Origin: Desulfomonilia bacterium | GTDB lineage: Bacteria > Desulfobacterota > Desulfomonilia > UBA1062 | DNA: 64,000 bases | NCBI GenBank assembly: GCA_963664325.2 | Contig: CAXXDQ010000007.1 | Coordinates: 576,001 to 640,000, forward strand | Direction of reading: 5' to 3' | Shown: positions 30,322 to 41,022 of the stretch, in pieces | Numbering within the stretch: position 1 is the first letter of the stretch | Layout of the letters: the number at the start of each line of letters is the position of its first letter | The notes under the pieces: model-generated | The model's input: only the letters and a program-made list of their open reading frames with translations | What the model was told of the DNA's origin: nothing | The model's database searches: none | Program-made: the position numbers and the translations under genes

Positions 30322-31383
30322 ATGTCAACGGATATAGGGACCCCCGGATTTCAAATCCATGATCCCGCCAGTTGTTCAGAGGAATTACGGGAAATGGCGT
30401 TACCACGAAATTCCAAGACCCGGAGTTCTGGTCCATGTTTCAGAGTCGGGAGAAGAACTATATTCGGTAAGGGCAGGTTCACCGCGCCTTCTTTCAACTG
30501 ATACTATCCGTGAAATCTGTGAAATTGCCGATGCCTACTGCGAAGGATACCTCCGCTTCACAAGCCGGCATAACATAGAGTCCCTTCTTTCCGACAAGAG
30601 CAAGCTGGAACCACTCCTGGCTGAACTTCAGAAGAGGAACTACCCTGTCGGCGGAACAGGGACATTCCATATCGAACATCGTCCATACCCAGGGCTGGGT
30701 GCATTGCCACACGCCGGCCACTGACGCATCAGGCCCGGTAAAGGCGCTCATGGATGAGATTTATGAATATTTCGTAACCATGACGCTCCCGGCGCATGTC
30801 AGGATCGCGCTCGCCTGCTGCCTTAACATGTGCGGCGCCGTCCATTGTTCCGATATCGCCATTCTGGGCATACACCGTACTGTTCCCCAAACCTGACAAC
30901 TCGCGTGTTCCCAACATGTGCGAGATTCCGACCACTATCGCATCATGTCCAACAGGAGCCATCCGCGGTGACGTGAAGAACAAAACCGTCACCGTCAACG
31001 AAGAAAAGTGCATGTACTGCGGAAACTGCTATACAGTCTGCCCGGCCATGCCTATTGCAGATCCTGACAACGACGGAATATCAATCTGGGTGGGCGGCAA
31101 GGTGTCCAATGCACGCAGCAAACCGGCATTCTCAAAACTGGCCATCCCGTACCTTCCCAACAATCCGCCCAGGTGGCCTGAGGTTGTTGACGCGGTAAAA
31201 AATATCATCGAGGTATATGCATCTCATGCCAGAAAGCATGAGCGGATTGGCGAGTGGATTGAACGCGTGGGATGGGAGAGGTTCTTCAGCCTTACAGGCA
31301 TCCCGTTCACTGATATGCATATAGATGATTTCGACATGGCTACGGAAACATTCCATACATCCACTCAGTTTAAATGGAGGTAA
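30322..31383 (+). CDS. dsrB: Dissimilatory sulfite reductase beta subunit (three +1 frameshifts)
   Basis: Fragments read [37 protein letters not shown] and [12 protein letters not shown]. Extra bases sit at 30337-9 (G), 30659-61 (G) and 30885-8 (C). Confidence 0.93.
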
Positions 31384-31385
31384 TG

Positions 31386-31610
31386 ATGGCTGATGATCTG
31401 AAAGCTAAGATGGTTGAAGCCTTCCGTGAAAAGTCAAAGGGCGACAAGAAGATGTTTTACATCCGTGATGTCACAAAATGGTTTCCCGATGAGGACCGCC
31501 ACGCCGTTCAGGACGCAGTCAAGGCTCTTATCGATGAAGAAGTCCTGAAGTACTGGTCCAGCGGTTCATCAACCTACATCGTTCTTGCAGAATATTTCTC
31601 GGAATCATGA
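31386..31610 (+). CDS. dsrD: DsrD
   Basis: KMFY...LIDEEVLKYWSSGSSTY motif, directly after dsrB. Confidence 0.92.
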   Translation: MADDLKAKMVEAFREKSKGDKKMFYIRDVTKWFPDEDRHAVQDAVKALIDEEVLKYWSSGSSTYIVLAEYFSES

Positions 31611-31614
31611 GTAC

Positions 31615-33090
31615 ATGACAATGAAAGCGCCGCATTCCCGGATCGTCATTACCGCTTTGCGCGGTGGAGCAGGGAAAACGACGCTTTCGGCAGGCATGCT
31701 TGCAGCGCTTAAAAAAAGGGATATAAAGGCCGCCCCTTTCAAGAAGGGGCCCGACTATATAGATGCAGCATGGCTGTCTTCGGCCTCAGGTCAGGCTTGT
31801 CATAATCTGGATTCCTTCCTCATGGACAGGAAAACAATCCTTTCTTCCTTCATCGGAAATGTTGCAGGCGCAGATATGGCTCTCATTGAAGGAAACCGCG
31901 GCCTTTTCGACGGGATGGATTCCATCGGCACGCACAGCACGGCAGAGCTCGCCAAACTTCTCGCCTCTCCTGTCGTCATGATCATGGACTGCGATAAGGT
32001 GACACGCACCGCAGCTGCGATGATACTGGGATGCCGTATGCTTGATCCGGATGTAGACTTCCGTGGAGTCATCCTCAATCGGGTGTCCGGAAACCGTCAT
32101 GAAAGCATATTGAGAAAAACGATCGAGGAGACCTGCCGTCTGCCTGTTATTGGCGCTGTCCCCAGGATGAAGGATTTCCCGTTTCCTCAAAGGAATCTCG
32201 GCCTGACGCCCCCGCAGGAACACTCGCAGATGCAATATGCCCTTGAAAAGGCTTCCGTTGTGGCCGAAAAATACATTGACCTTGATATGATCATCTCGAT
32301 TGCATCCCAGGTATCAGGTGCCATTGAAGCAGACATGCCCGCTTTCCAACGGATGAAACCGACAGGTACGAAAATAGGCGTTTTACGGGATTCCGCCTTC
32401 CAGTTCTATTACCCGGAGAATATTGAAGCACTCAAGGAAAGGGGCATTAAAATGATCGACATCAGTCCCCTAAGCGATAAAGTTCTGCCGGATATCGACC
32501 TTCTTTACATCGGCGGGGGCTTTCCTGAAACTCACGCCGAGGCTCTTGCTGAAAATGCAGTTTTCAGGACATCCCTGCGTGAAGCAGCAGAAAAAGGACT
32601 CCCCGTTTATGCTGAGTGCGGAGGCCTGATGTACCTTGGAGAAAATCTTGTGATTGGAAGCAGAGAATATCCCATGGCAGGCCCCTTGCCGGTATCCTTT
32701 GCTATGGTCGACAAGCCCCAGGGACACGGATATACGGACATCGATGTCGTGGCGGAAAACCCATTCTTTCCGGTAGGTGCCAATATAAGAGGCCACGAGT
32801 TTCATCATTCGAAGATAGTCTCTTTAGATGAGAGACAAATCCGTTTTGCCTTCAGGATGAATCGCGGAACCGGTGTCGACGGTATCAGGGACGGCCTGTG
32901 CAGAAAACAGATTCTTGCAGGCTACACGCATATTCATGCCCTGGGAACACCTGAATGGGCCGACGCACTTATCTTGAGGGCTGACGAACACCGAAAACAG
33001 AAAACGAAGACTGAGTTCAGACTAACAAAACATCCTATGAACACAGAATATATTAACAGGTTTAGTACCTCGAGACCCATACAACAATAA
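31615..33090 (+). CDS. dsrN: DsrN (siroheme amidase, cobyrinate a,c-diamide synthase family)
   Basis: GGAGKT, PFKKGPDYID, IEGNRG and AECGGLMYL, within the dsr operon. Confidence 0.88.
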   Translation: MTMKAPHSRIVITALRGGAGKTTLSAGMLAALKKRDIKAAPFKKGPDYIDAAWLSSASGQACHNLDSFLMDRKTILSSFIGNVAGADMALIEGNRGLFDGMDSIGTHSTAELAKLLASPVVMIMDCDKVTRTAAAMILGCRMLDPDVDFRGVILNRVSGNRHESILRKTIEETCRLPVIGAVPRMKDFPFPQRNLGLTPPQEHSQMQYALEKASVVAEKYIDLDMIISIASQVSGAIEADMPAFQRMKPTGTKIGVLRDSAFQFYYPENIEALKERGIKMIDISPLSDKVLPDIDLLYIGGGFPETHAEALAENAVFRTSLREAAEKGLPVYAECGGLMYLGENLVIGSREYPMAGPLPVSFAMVDKPQGHGYTDIDVVAENPFFPVGANIRGHEFHHSKIVSLDERQIRFAFRMNRGTGVDGIRDGLCRKQILAGYTHIHALGTPEWADALILRADEHRKQKTKTEFRLTKHPMNTEYINRFSTSRPIQQ

Positions 33091-33113
33091 ACAGGAAAAG
33101 GAGATAAACAAAC

Positions 33114-33434
33114 ATGCCGACAATCGAACTAGCAGGAAAAACTTACGAAGTTGACGAAGACGGGTTCCTTCAGGAACTCGATAAATGGAGCGAGGAATTC
33201 GCACAGGCTTATGCGAGCGCAGAGGAAATCGAAGGAACACTGACCGAAGACCACTGGAAAGTGATCAACTACCTCAGAAATTATTATCATGAATTCGGAA
33301 TTGCGCCAATGATCCGGAAGATATGCAAGGATTTGAAAATCGATATGAAAAAGCTCTATGAGCTCTATCCCACCGGCCCAGCCAAGGGTGCATGCAAGCT
33401 TGCAGGCCTTTCAAAACCGACGGGTTGTGTATAA
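33114..33434 (+). CDS. dsrC: DsrC sulfur carrier
   Basis: VDEDGFL and C-terminal GACKLAGLSKPTGCV with both conserved Cys. Confidence 0.96.
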   Translation: MPTIELAGKTYEVDEDGFLQELDKWSEEFAQAYASAEEIEGTLTEDHWKVINYLRNYYHEFGIAPMIRKICKDLKIDMKKLYELYPTGPAKGACKLAGLSKPTGCV

Positions 33435-33455
33435 AAAAGCCTCACAGAAAGAGAC

Positions 33456-34391
33456 ATGGGAACGCTGATCATAGTTCTGACGTATATCGCTTACGTCTTC
33501 ATCGTGGCGGTATACACAATCAAGGTCAAAGCATGGCTCAAGCTCCCGCCTCATATCAGGTGGGACCTCTATCCTGTCATTCATGAGAAAAACTACCGTT
33601 ACGGCGGCTCATACTATGAAAATCAGGAGTGGTGGACAAAACCCCGTCCGAATAACACCATGCGAAGCCTTCTTTACTCACTCAAAGACAACTTCTACAT
33701 GGGTGAGTATTTTAAGCGGAACCGTCTGTACTGGCTCTTCCTCCTGCCGTGGCATCTCAGTTTCATCTTCATTATAGGGTTTCATATTCTGTGCTTCTTT
33801 GCAGCAGTGAGTATGGCTGCTGGTCTGGATATCTCCACAAGCTCAGCCAATGCGGCGGGGCAGGTCTTTTATTACGTCCTTCTGATTATGGGTGGATTCG
33901 CCTTCATCACAGGCACATTCGGAAGCATAGGAATGCTTTTCATGCGGCTTATTGACCGTGGGCTGAGAGTATATTCCATGCCGATGAACTTCTTCAATTA
34001 CATCTTCTTTCTTATCGTCTACGGAAGCGGGCTCATATCCTGGCTGCTCCTCGACCCCACACTCAATGAATACCGGTCGTACTGGCTAGGACTTATCACG
34101 CTGACTGCGCCGTGGCTTCAGCCAATGACTATTTTCCATATCGTCATGTTCGATATCTTTCTCATATATCTGCCCTTTACCCGCTCGACACACTACATCA
34201 CCAGAATCCTGGCATATTTCTATATCCGATGGGACGACGAACCTAACCTTCCCGGCAGTAAGATGGAAAAGCAGTTCAGCAGCCTTCTCGGACACAGGCT
34301 GTCATGGGAAGCAAAACACATCACTGCCGGAAAGAGCTGGGCGGAATCTGCCATGGAATCGGGTCTGGCTGATGTGAAAAAGGACCAATAA
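33456..34391 (+). CDS. Additional DsrM-like membrane cytochrome b (NarI family)
   Basis: RWDLYPV, heme His motifs (PWHL...FHI; FHI...THY) and 5-6 TM helices. Confidence 0.8.
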   Translation: MGTLIIVLTYIAYVFIVAVYTIKVKAWLKLPPHIRWDLYPVIHEKNYRYGGSYYENQEWWTKPRPNNTMRSLLYSLKDNFYMGEYFKRNRLYWLFLLPWHLSFIFIIGFHILCFFAAVSMAAGLDISTSSANAAGQVFYYVLLIMGGFAFITGTFGSIGMLFMRLIDRGLRVYSMPMNFFNYIFFLIVYGSGLISWLLLDPTLNEYRSYWLGLITLTAPWLQPMTIFHIVMFDIFLIYLPFTRSTHYITRILAYFYIRWDDEPNLPGSKMEKQFSSLLGHRLSWEAKHITAGKSWAESAMESGLADVKKDQ

Positions 34392-35995
34392 TGAAGAAGC
34401 CGCTTGATATAAAAGAATTCAGCAGGCCCTCTGAACAGCTCGCCGAAATAGACCCGGCTGAACTGCTTGATCTGCCGGCCCCTTATGACAAGATCGACAA
34501 GCCGCCCATAAAAAAGCTTACGGATGACCAGAAGAAGCGCATGGACGCATCATTGGACGGCGTTGTGGCCGTAGGCCTTGCCCCCCCCAACAGTCCTGAA
34601 GAAGAGAAGGCCTTTGTTGAAAATTTTCTGGCAGGTCTCAATAAGCTCTTTTCCGATCAGGACAACTGGACATTCCTCCAGCCCCTGGTGCACACCTTGG
34701 AGTACTGCGTAAAGTGCCAGATATGCTCTGACGCCTGCCCTGCATACGTATCAAGCGGCCGCCAGGAAATTTACCGGCCCACTATGCGGCCGGAAATTCT
34801 CAGGAGGATTGTAAGTACATATATTAAAAAGGAACCGCGCCTATTGAGGAAATTCAAGTCCAGCGACATAGAGCTCAACTGGCAGACGCTCGCCCGCCTT
34901 GTCGAACTCGCCTACCGCTGCACGCTGTGCCGGCGTTGCGCACAGGTGTGTCTTCTGGGCTGCGATAATGCGCTTGTCACCCGCGAAATAAGGAAACTGT
35001 TCAGCCAGCAGATGGGGATCGCTCCTAAAGAAATTCATGAAAAGGGCTCAGTCCAACAGATCAGGGTCGGATCGAGCACGGGCATGACACCGCCTGCTCT
35101 TAAAAATATCCTCGAGTTCATTGAAGAAGAGATTGAAGAGAAGACCGGCCGCAAGATAAAGATACCAGTTGATAAAAAAGGCGCAGACATGCTGCTTCTG
35201 CATAATGCAGGAGAATTCATGGCATGGCCCGAGAATCTCGAGGCCTTCGCCATCCTTTTTGATGCGGCGGGCGTAGACTGGACCCTCTCCAGCGAACTGG
35301 CAGGATACGACGCAGTCAACTACGGCGTCTGGTATGATGATGTCCAGTTCGCACGCGTGGCACTGATACATGCAAAGGCTGCAAAAGCGCTCGGAGTCAG
35401 GAAGATATCCATGGGAGAATGCGGCCATGCGCATAAGGCTATGATTGTCATCGCAGACCGTATACTCACCGGGGATCTTAATATACCGCGCGAAAGCTGC
35501 CTTCCTCTAATGGAAGAGATCGTAACGAGCGGCCGGATCAAGTTTGACCCTTCGAGGAATGCATTTCCAATAACGCTGCACGACCCTTGCAATATGGTGA
35601 GACTGATGGGAATCGTTTCTCCGCAGCGCAAAATACTTTCAAAGATAAGCCCGGATTTCAGGGAAATGGCTCCGCATGGTGTTGAAAACTACTGCTGCGG
35701 CGGCGGAAGCGGATTTGCAATCACTCAGTCGACGAACTTCCCGGACTGGCGGTCATCTGTTTCAGGACGCATGAAAATGAAGCAGATACTCGAAGCCTTT
35801 AAGGACGTGCCCGAACCGGAAGTGAAAAAATATGTCTGCGCCCCCTGTTCAAACTGCAAGGGGCAGTTCAGGGATATGTTCGAATACTATGGAGCATGGG
35901 AAAAATCGGGCATCTTTTATGGAGGACTCGTGGAACTGATCGTCAACGCAATGGCCGACCTCGAAAAGCCCTTTATCCAGTGGGAGTGGCATTGA
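34391..35995 (+). CDS. Additional DsrK-like FeS oxidoreductase (HdrD/CCG domain)
   Basis: CVKCQICSDAC, CTLCRRCAQVC, GECGH, HDPCN, CCGGG and CSNC. Confidence 0.82.
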   Translation: MKKPLDIKEFSRPSEQLAEIDPAELLDLPAPYDKIDKPPIKKLTDDQKKRMDASLDGVVAVGLAPPNSPEEEKAFVENFLAGLNKLFSDQDNWTFLQPLVHTLEYCVKCQICSDACPAYVSSGRQEIYRPTMRPEILRRIVSTYIKKEPRLLRKFKSSDIELNWQTLARLVELAYRCTLCRRCAQVCLLGCDNALVTREIRKLFSQQMGIAPKEIHEKGSVQQIRVGSSTGMTPPALKNILEFIEEEIEEKTGRKIKIPVDKKGADMLLLHNAGEFMAWPENLEAFAILFDAAGVDWTLSSELAGYDAVNYGVWYDDVQFARVALIHAKAAKALGVRKISMGECGHAHKAMIVIADRILTGDLNIPRESCLPLMEEIVTSGRIKFDPSRNAFPITLHDPCNMVRLMGIVSPQRKILSKISPDFREMAPHGVENYCCGGGSGFAITQSTNFPDWRSSVSGRMKMKQILEAFKDVPEPEVKKYVCAPCSNCKGQFRDMFEYYGAWEKSGIFYGGLVELIVNAMADLEKPFIQWEWH

Positions 35996-36003
35996 GGAAT
36001 AGC

Positions 36004-36993
36004 ATGCATCTCACAGCAGCCGTTATCTCAATCCTTATACTGATGTTCCTGGCGGCGGCAGCCGCCTTGATCCCTTACCTTTCATGGCTGCTTGCGGCAA
36101 TCGTGGTCTATGCCGCATTTTTCTTCTTTCTTGCCGGGTTCGTATATCGTGTTATAAGGTGGGCGATCGTTCCCGTGCCGTTCAGGATCCCGGCCACCTG
36201 CGGGCAGCAGAAGTCGCTGACCTGGATCAATGCAAGCCCGATTGAGAATCCGTCAGGAAAGACCGGTGCCTTTTTAAGGATGGCCTCGGAAATCGTTTTT
36301 TTTCGCTCTCTTTTAAGGAATACGAGTACGGCGATGTACGAAAACCGGCCTGTTTATACAAGGGATATAATACTGTGGCTGTTCGGACTGCTCTTTCATG
36401 TATCCATGCTGATAATAGTAATAAGGCATTTGAGATTTTTCATGGAACCCGTTCCTGTTTTCATCAATACTCTTTCCGCATTGGACGGCATGTTTGAGCT
36501 GGGCGTTCCAACCCTTTATCTTTCGGACATCGTTTTTGCATTTTCGGCAATATACCTGTTCATACGCCGAGCTGCCGTTTCAAGGCTGCGGTATATATCG
36601 CTTGTCCAGGATTACTTTCCCATTCTTCTTCTTATCAGTGTGGCTGGCTCGGGAATACTGATGCGCCACATCTACAAGGTAGACCTTCTGAAGGTAAAAG
36701 AACTGGCAACCGGATGGACCAGTTTCTCAACAACGTTGCCTGAAGGGATAGGCCCGCTATTTTTTGTACACCTGTTCTGCGTATGCATGCTTTTTTTCTG
36801 GTTTCCCCTGGGAAAGCTCCTGCACATGGGCGGAATCTTTTTAAGTCCGACCCGAAACATGGCCAACAGCAACAGGGCATTCAGGCACCTCAACCCGTGG
36901 AATGCGCCCGTCAAGGTCCACACCTACGAAGAATACGAGGACGAATTCCGTGACAAGATAAAAGCGGCCGGGCTGCCGGTGGAAAAGGAGTAG
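36004..36993 (+). CDS. dsrM: DsrM membrane cytochrome b
   Basis: PVPFRIPATCGQQKSL, FHVS...RHLRFF, GKLLHMGGIFLSPTRN and EDEFR. Confidence 0.92.
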   Translation: MHLTAAVISILILMFLAAAAALIPYLSWLLAAIVVYAAFFFFLAGFVYRVIRWAIVPVPFRIPATCGQQKSLTWINASPIENPSGKTGAFLRMASEIVFFRSLLRNTSTAMYENRPVYTRDIILWLFGLLFHVSMLIIVIRHLRFFMEPVPVFINTLSALDGMFELGVPTLYLSDIVFAFSAIYLFIRRAAVSRLRYISLVQDYFPILLLISVAGSGILMRHIYKVDLLKVKELATGWTSFSTTLPEGIGPLFFVHLFCVCMLFFWFPLGKLLHMGGIFLSPTRNMANSNRAFRHLNPWNAPVKVHTYEEYEDEFRDKIKAAGLPVEKE

Positions 36994-36995
36994 AC

Positions 36996-38609
36996 GTGTC
37001 GTTCGCTAAAACACCCAAACCTGATGAACTGATAAGCATCAAATACGGCATGCCGAAGAAGCCATGGATGGACACGCCTGCGGACTTCAAGCCGGGTACA
37101 TGGAGCTATTCAGGCGCGGCAAAGAACCTTACGGCCCTCGATCTTCCCAATCCCAGGACATGGCAGCCTTCGGATGAAGACTGGAAGCTCCCTGAAAACT
37201 GGCAGTCAATCATACTTGAAGGAATGAAGGAACGGCTCGGAAAGTACAGGTCATTCAGACTGTTCATGGATATATGCGTTCGATGCGGGGCCTGCGCCGA
37301 CAAATGCCATTTCTTTATCGGCACCGGCGATCCGAAGAATATGCCGGTGCTGAGAGCAGAGCTTATCCGCTCTGTTTATCGCCGATATTTTACTGTTTCC
37401 GGAAGGGTCTTTGGCCGCTTAGCGGGTGCAAGAGACTTGACCGTCGACGTCTTGAAGGAGTGGTTCTATTATTTCTATCAATGCACGGAATGCCGACGCT
37501 GCGCCGTCTTCTGCCCTTTCGGCATAGACCAGGCCGAGATCACAATGATAGGCAGGGAACTTCTCAATCTGGTGGGCTGCAATATAAACTGGGTCGTAGA
37601 ACCCTCCGCAAACTGCTTCAGGACCGGAAACCATCTCGGCATACAGCCGGGCGGCATCAAGGACATGATTGAATTCTTGACAGATGATATCGCAGACCGG
37701 ACCGGTGTCCGGGTGGAAGTACCACTCAACAGAAAGGGTGCAGAAATCCTGTTCATAACTCCATCTGCAGACTATTTCGCCGACCCGGGCACATATACCT
37801 GCATGGGATATCTCATGCTCTTTCATGAGATAGGTCTTGACTACACGATGAGCACATACGCTTCCGAAGGAGGAAACTTCGGGCTCTTCACGTCGCATGA
37901 TATGATCAAGCGGCTCAATGCAAAGATATACGCTGAAGCAAAGCGCCTGGGCGTCAAATGGATACTTGGTGGCGAATGCGGCCACATGTGGAGGGTGGTC
38001 AACCAGTATATGGACACCATGAACGGACCGGCCGATTTTCTTGAAGTGCCTGTCTCACCCGCAACAGGGACGCGATTTGAAAACGCCCGATCCACAAAGA
38101 TGGTCCACATCTGCGAATTCACGGCAGACATAATCAAAAACGGCAAAATCAGACTCGACCCTTCGAGAAACGGCCATCTGAAGATTACATTCCACGACTC
38201 CTGCAATCCTTCGCGGGCCATGGGTCTCTTCGATGAGCCGCGCTATATCATCAATAATGCATGCAACAATTTTTTTGAAATGCGTGAGGATGCCATTAGG
38301 GAAAAAACATTCTGCTGCGGTGCAGGCGCCGGGCTAGGCAATGAAGAGAATATGGAGATGAGGATGCGCGGCGGCATGCCCAGGGCAATGGCCGTAAAGG
38401 AAGTACGCGAGAAATATGGCGTCAACCGCCTGGCCTGCATATGCGCCGTTGACCGGGCTACACTCCCTCCTCTGATGGAATACTGGGTTCCCGATGTCTC
38501 AGTCATGGGCGTTCACGAACTGCTGGGCAACGCCCTTGTCATGGAAGGCGAAAATGAACGGCTTACCGACCTCAGGGGAGATCCCATTAAGGAGACAGAG
38601 GCGTCATGA
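36996..38609 (+). CDS. dsrK: DsrK
   Basis: CVRCGACADKC, CTECRRC, GGECGHMWR, HDSCN and CCGAG. Confidence 0.93.
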   Translation: MSFAKTPKPDELISIKYGMPKKPWMDTPADFKPGTWSYSGAAKNLTALDLPNPRTWQPSDEDWKLPENWQSIILEGMKERLGKYRSFRLFMDICVRCGACADKCHFFIGTGDPKNMPVLRAELIRSVYRRYFTVSGRVFGRLAGARDLTVDVLKEWFYYFYQCTECRRCAVFCPFGIDQAEITMIGRELLNLVGCNINWVVEPSANCFRTGNHLGIQPGGIKDMIEFLTDDIADRTGVRVEVPLNRKGAEILFITPSADYFADPGTYTCMGYLMLFHEIGLDYTMSTYASEGGNFGLFTSHDMIKRLNAKIYAEAKRLGVKWILGGECGHMWRVVNQYMDTMNGPADFLEVPVSPATGTRFENARSTKMVHICEFTADIIKNGKIRLDPSRNGHLKITFHDSCNPSRAMGLFDEPRYIINNACNNFFEMREDAIREKTFCCGAGAGLGNEENMEMRMRGGMPRAMAVKEVREKYGVNRLACICAVDRATLPPLMEYWVPDVSVMGVHELLGNALVMEGENERLTDLRGDPIKETEAS

Positions 38610-39049
38610 AGCCAAAGCCTGGAACAATTATAGGCGTTTCTATCGGCATAGCTGTATTCGTCCTCATTGCGGCCTTTCCCTTCTGGTATGGCGGCTTTAA
38701 ACCCAAGGCCGCCCCGGATATAGATCTCAATACACCTGAAATAAACTCACTTTCCGAAAAGCAGTGCGTGGCTTCCACAGCTTACATGAAGACAGAACAT
38801 ATGAGGCTCCTCAATCAGTGGCGCAACGATGTCGTGCGCAACAACGACCGGACTTATACAGCACCCGACGGACGGCGGTTCGACAAAAGCCTCACAAAGA
38901 CTTGTCTTGCATGCCACACCAACAAGGAGCGGTTCTGCAACCGCTGCCACAATTATGCCGGCGCCAATCCCAAATGCTGGGACTGCCATTCCGAAACGGC
39001 TTCCTCGGCTGCGAGAAAGGCGATAAAATTCAGGGAAAAGGTGAACTGA
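38606..39049 (+). CDS. dsrJ: DsrJ triheme cytochrome c
   Basis: Three CxxCH motifs (CLACH, CNRCH, CWDCH) and HMRLLNQWR. Confidence 0.93.
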   Translation: MKPKPGTIIGVSIGIAVFVLIAAFPFWYGGFKPKAAPDIDLNTPEINSLSEKQCVASTAYMKTEHMRLLNQWRNDVVRNNDRTYTAPDGRRFDKSLTKTCLACHTNKERFCNRCHNYAGANPKCWDCHSETASSAARKAIKFREKVN

Positions 39050-39050
39050 C

Positions 39051-39818
39051 ATGGTGGACATTAAACGCAGACTGATATTGAAGGCCGCCGGGATATCCGC
39101 TCTCGGCACCATTATTCCGCCTGTCGGGTATCTGATCTCTGCGCATGCAAAGGAAGTCATGTCGAAACAGGCAGCACCGTCTGCAAAACGGTGGGCCATG
39201 CTGGTTGACATCTCGAAGTGTCCGGCAGGATGCAGAGGTTGCATCGATGCCTGTCACGGCATCCACAATGTGCCGTCAATAAACGAGCCCGGACAGGAAA
39301 TAAGATGGATACAGAAGGTGCCATTCTCAAACGCCTTCCCTTCGCAGGAAAACCCCTACTCGGACGTATCCATTAAGAAAAGGGAAACCGTGGTCATGTG
39401 CAACCACTGCAGTAATCCTCCCTGCGTACGTGTCTGCCCGACACAGGCCACGTTCAAGCGCAGTGACGGCATAGTCATGATGGACTATCACAGGTGCATA
39501 GGCTGCAGGTTCTGCATAGCGGCCTGCCCTTACGGCGCAAGGAGCATGAATTTCAGAAACCCCCGGCCGTATATCGGAAGCATAAACCCGGACTTCCCTA
39601 CAAGGACCAAAGGCGTGGTCGAAAAATGCAACTTCTGCGAGGAGCGCCTCGCCAGGAATCTCCTGCCCGCATGCGAGCAAGCATGCAAATACAAGGCCCT
39701 CATATTCGGAGACCTGCTGGCGGGAAAATCGGAAATCAAAACGATACTTGAGAACAGCAATGCGTTCAGGCGCAGACCCGAACTCGGAACAGAACCTCAC
39801 GTATTCTACATAGGATGA
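39051..39818 (+). CDS. dsrO: DsrO periplasmic FeS protein
   Basis: Tat-like KRR signal, CNHCSNPPCVRVCP, CIGCRFCIAACP and KCNFC. Confidence 0.93.
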   Translation: MVDIKRRLILKAAGISALGTIIPPVGYLISAHAKEVMSKQAAPSAKRWAMLVDISKCPAGCRGCIDACHGIHNVPSINEPGQEIRWIQKVPFSNAFPSQENPYSDVSIKKRETVVMCNHCSNPPCVRVCPTQATFKRSDGIVMMDYHRCIGCRFCIAACPYGARSMNFRNPRPYIGSINPDFPTRTKGVVEKCNFCEERLARNLLPACEQACKYKALIFGDLLAGKSEIKTILENSNAFRRRPELGTEPHVFYIG

Positions 39819-39831
39819 AAAGCGAGCTACA

Positions 39832-41019
39832 ATGACTGATCCCACAGATAAAAACAGGATCACAGGCCGTATCTGGCTGGTTTTTCTGATTGCTGTCATG
39901 GCGGTCGGAGGGTTCTTCTATCTGCGCCAGTTGAACATGGGCTTAAGCATTACCGGCATGAACCAGAACGTGACCTGGGGCCTCTATATCTCCCAGTTCA
40001 CATTTCTCGTAGGCATCGCAGCTTCAGCAGTAATGCTCATACTTCCCTATTATCTCCATGATCACAAAGTATTCGGCCGGATTACGCTGTTAGGAGAATT
40101 CCTCGCCGTCTCCGCTGTCATGATGTCCGTCACTTTTGTTATAGTCGATCTCGGACGTCCTGACCGCGCATTCAACATGATCCTTCACCCATCCCCCAAG
40201 TCTATTCTTTTCTGGGATATGATCGTGCTGTCAGGCTATCTGATAATCAACCTCATCATCGGATGGACGGTTCTGGAGTGCGAGCGAAAGGGAACGCCTC
40301 CCCCGTCATGGGTCAAACCGCTAATATACCTGTCAATTCCCTGGGCCATAAGCATACATACCGTAACAGCCTTCATATACGCGGGCCTGCCTGCAAGGAC
40401 CTTCTGGCTTACGGCTGTCATGGCGCCCCGCTTCCTGGCGTCGGCGTTCGCATCAGGCCCTGCCCTTCTCGTACTCCTGTGCCTGATTCTTCGCCGATAT
40501 ACCTCATTTGATGCAGGCAGAGAACCCCTTCAGACACTGGCGAAGATTATCGCCTATGCCCTTGCGACAAGCATCTTTTTCGTCCTTGTGGAAATCTTCA
40601 CGGCCTTCTACAGCGGCATTCCATCCTATAAGGAGCATTACCAGTATCTGTTCAGAGGTATTGACGGCCATATGACCCTTGTCCCCTGGATGTGGGCATC
40701 GGTCGTCCTGGCATTCACAGCACTTATCTTTCTTGTCATTCCCGCAACCAGACGGAATGAAAAGTGGCTTATGTCAGCCTGTATCGCAGTATTCATATCG
40801 CTGTGGATTGAAAAGGGCCTGGGTCTTGTTATTCCAGGATTCATTCCATCACCGCTTGGAGATGTTGGAACATACGTCCCCACAATGCCGGAAATTGCAA
40901 TCACTCTCGGAGTCTGGGCCGGAGGCCTCTTTGTTCTGACCCTCTTGTACAGGCTGTTTGTTGCAGTCAAGGCGCAGCATGTCAAGGCTGCTCTGTGGTT
41001 AAATTATTGGGGAGAATGA
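39832..41019 (+). CDS. dsrP: DsrP (NrfD family membrane protein)
   Basis: WGLYISQFTFLVG, DLGRPDR and HTVTAF; about 10 TM helices. Confidence 0.93.
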   Translation: MTDPTDKNRITGRIWLVFLIAVMAVGGFFYLRQLNMGLSITGMNQNVTWGLYISQFTFLVGIAASAVMLILPYYLHDHKVFGRITLLGEFLAVSAVMMSVTFVIVDLGRPDRAFNMILHPSPKSILFWDMIVLSGYLIINLIIGWTVLECERKGTPPPSWVKPLIYLSIPWAISIHTVTAFIYAGLPARTFWLTAVMAPRFLASAFASGPALLVLLCLILRRYTSFDAGREPLQTLAKIIAYALATSIFFVLVEIFTAFYSGIPSYKEHYQYLFRGIDGHMTLVPWMWASVVLAFTALIFLVIPATRRNEKWLMSACIAVFISLWIEKGLGLVIPGFIPSPLGDVGTYVPTMPEIAITLGVWAGGLFVLTLLYRLFVAVKAQHVKAALWLNYWGE

Positions 41020-41022
41020 AAC

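Noticed and set aside
30322-31383. Programmed frameshifting or selenocysteine read-through in dsrB
   Set aside because: Conserved sequence resumes in a different frame at short G/C runs without slippery heptamers, and the same signature occurs in four unrelated genes. Sequencing error is the simpler explanation.
31615-33090. Cobalamin biosynthesis gene cobB/cbiA
   Set aside because: Its position between dsrD and dsrC and the lack of other cob genes indicate DsrN.
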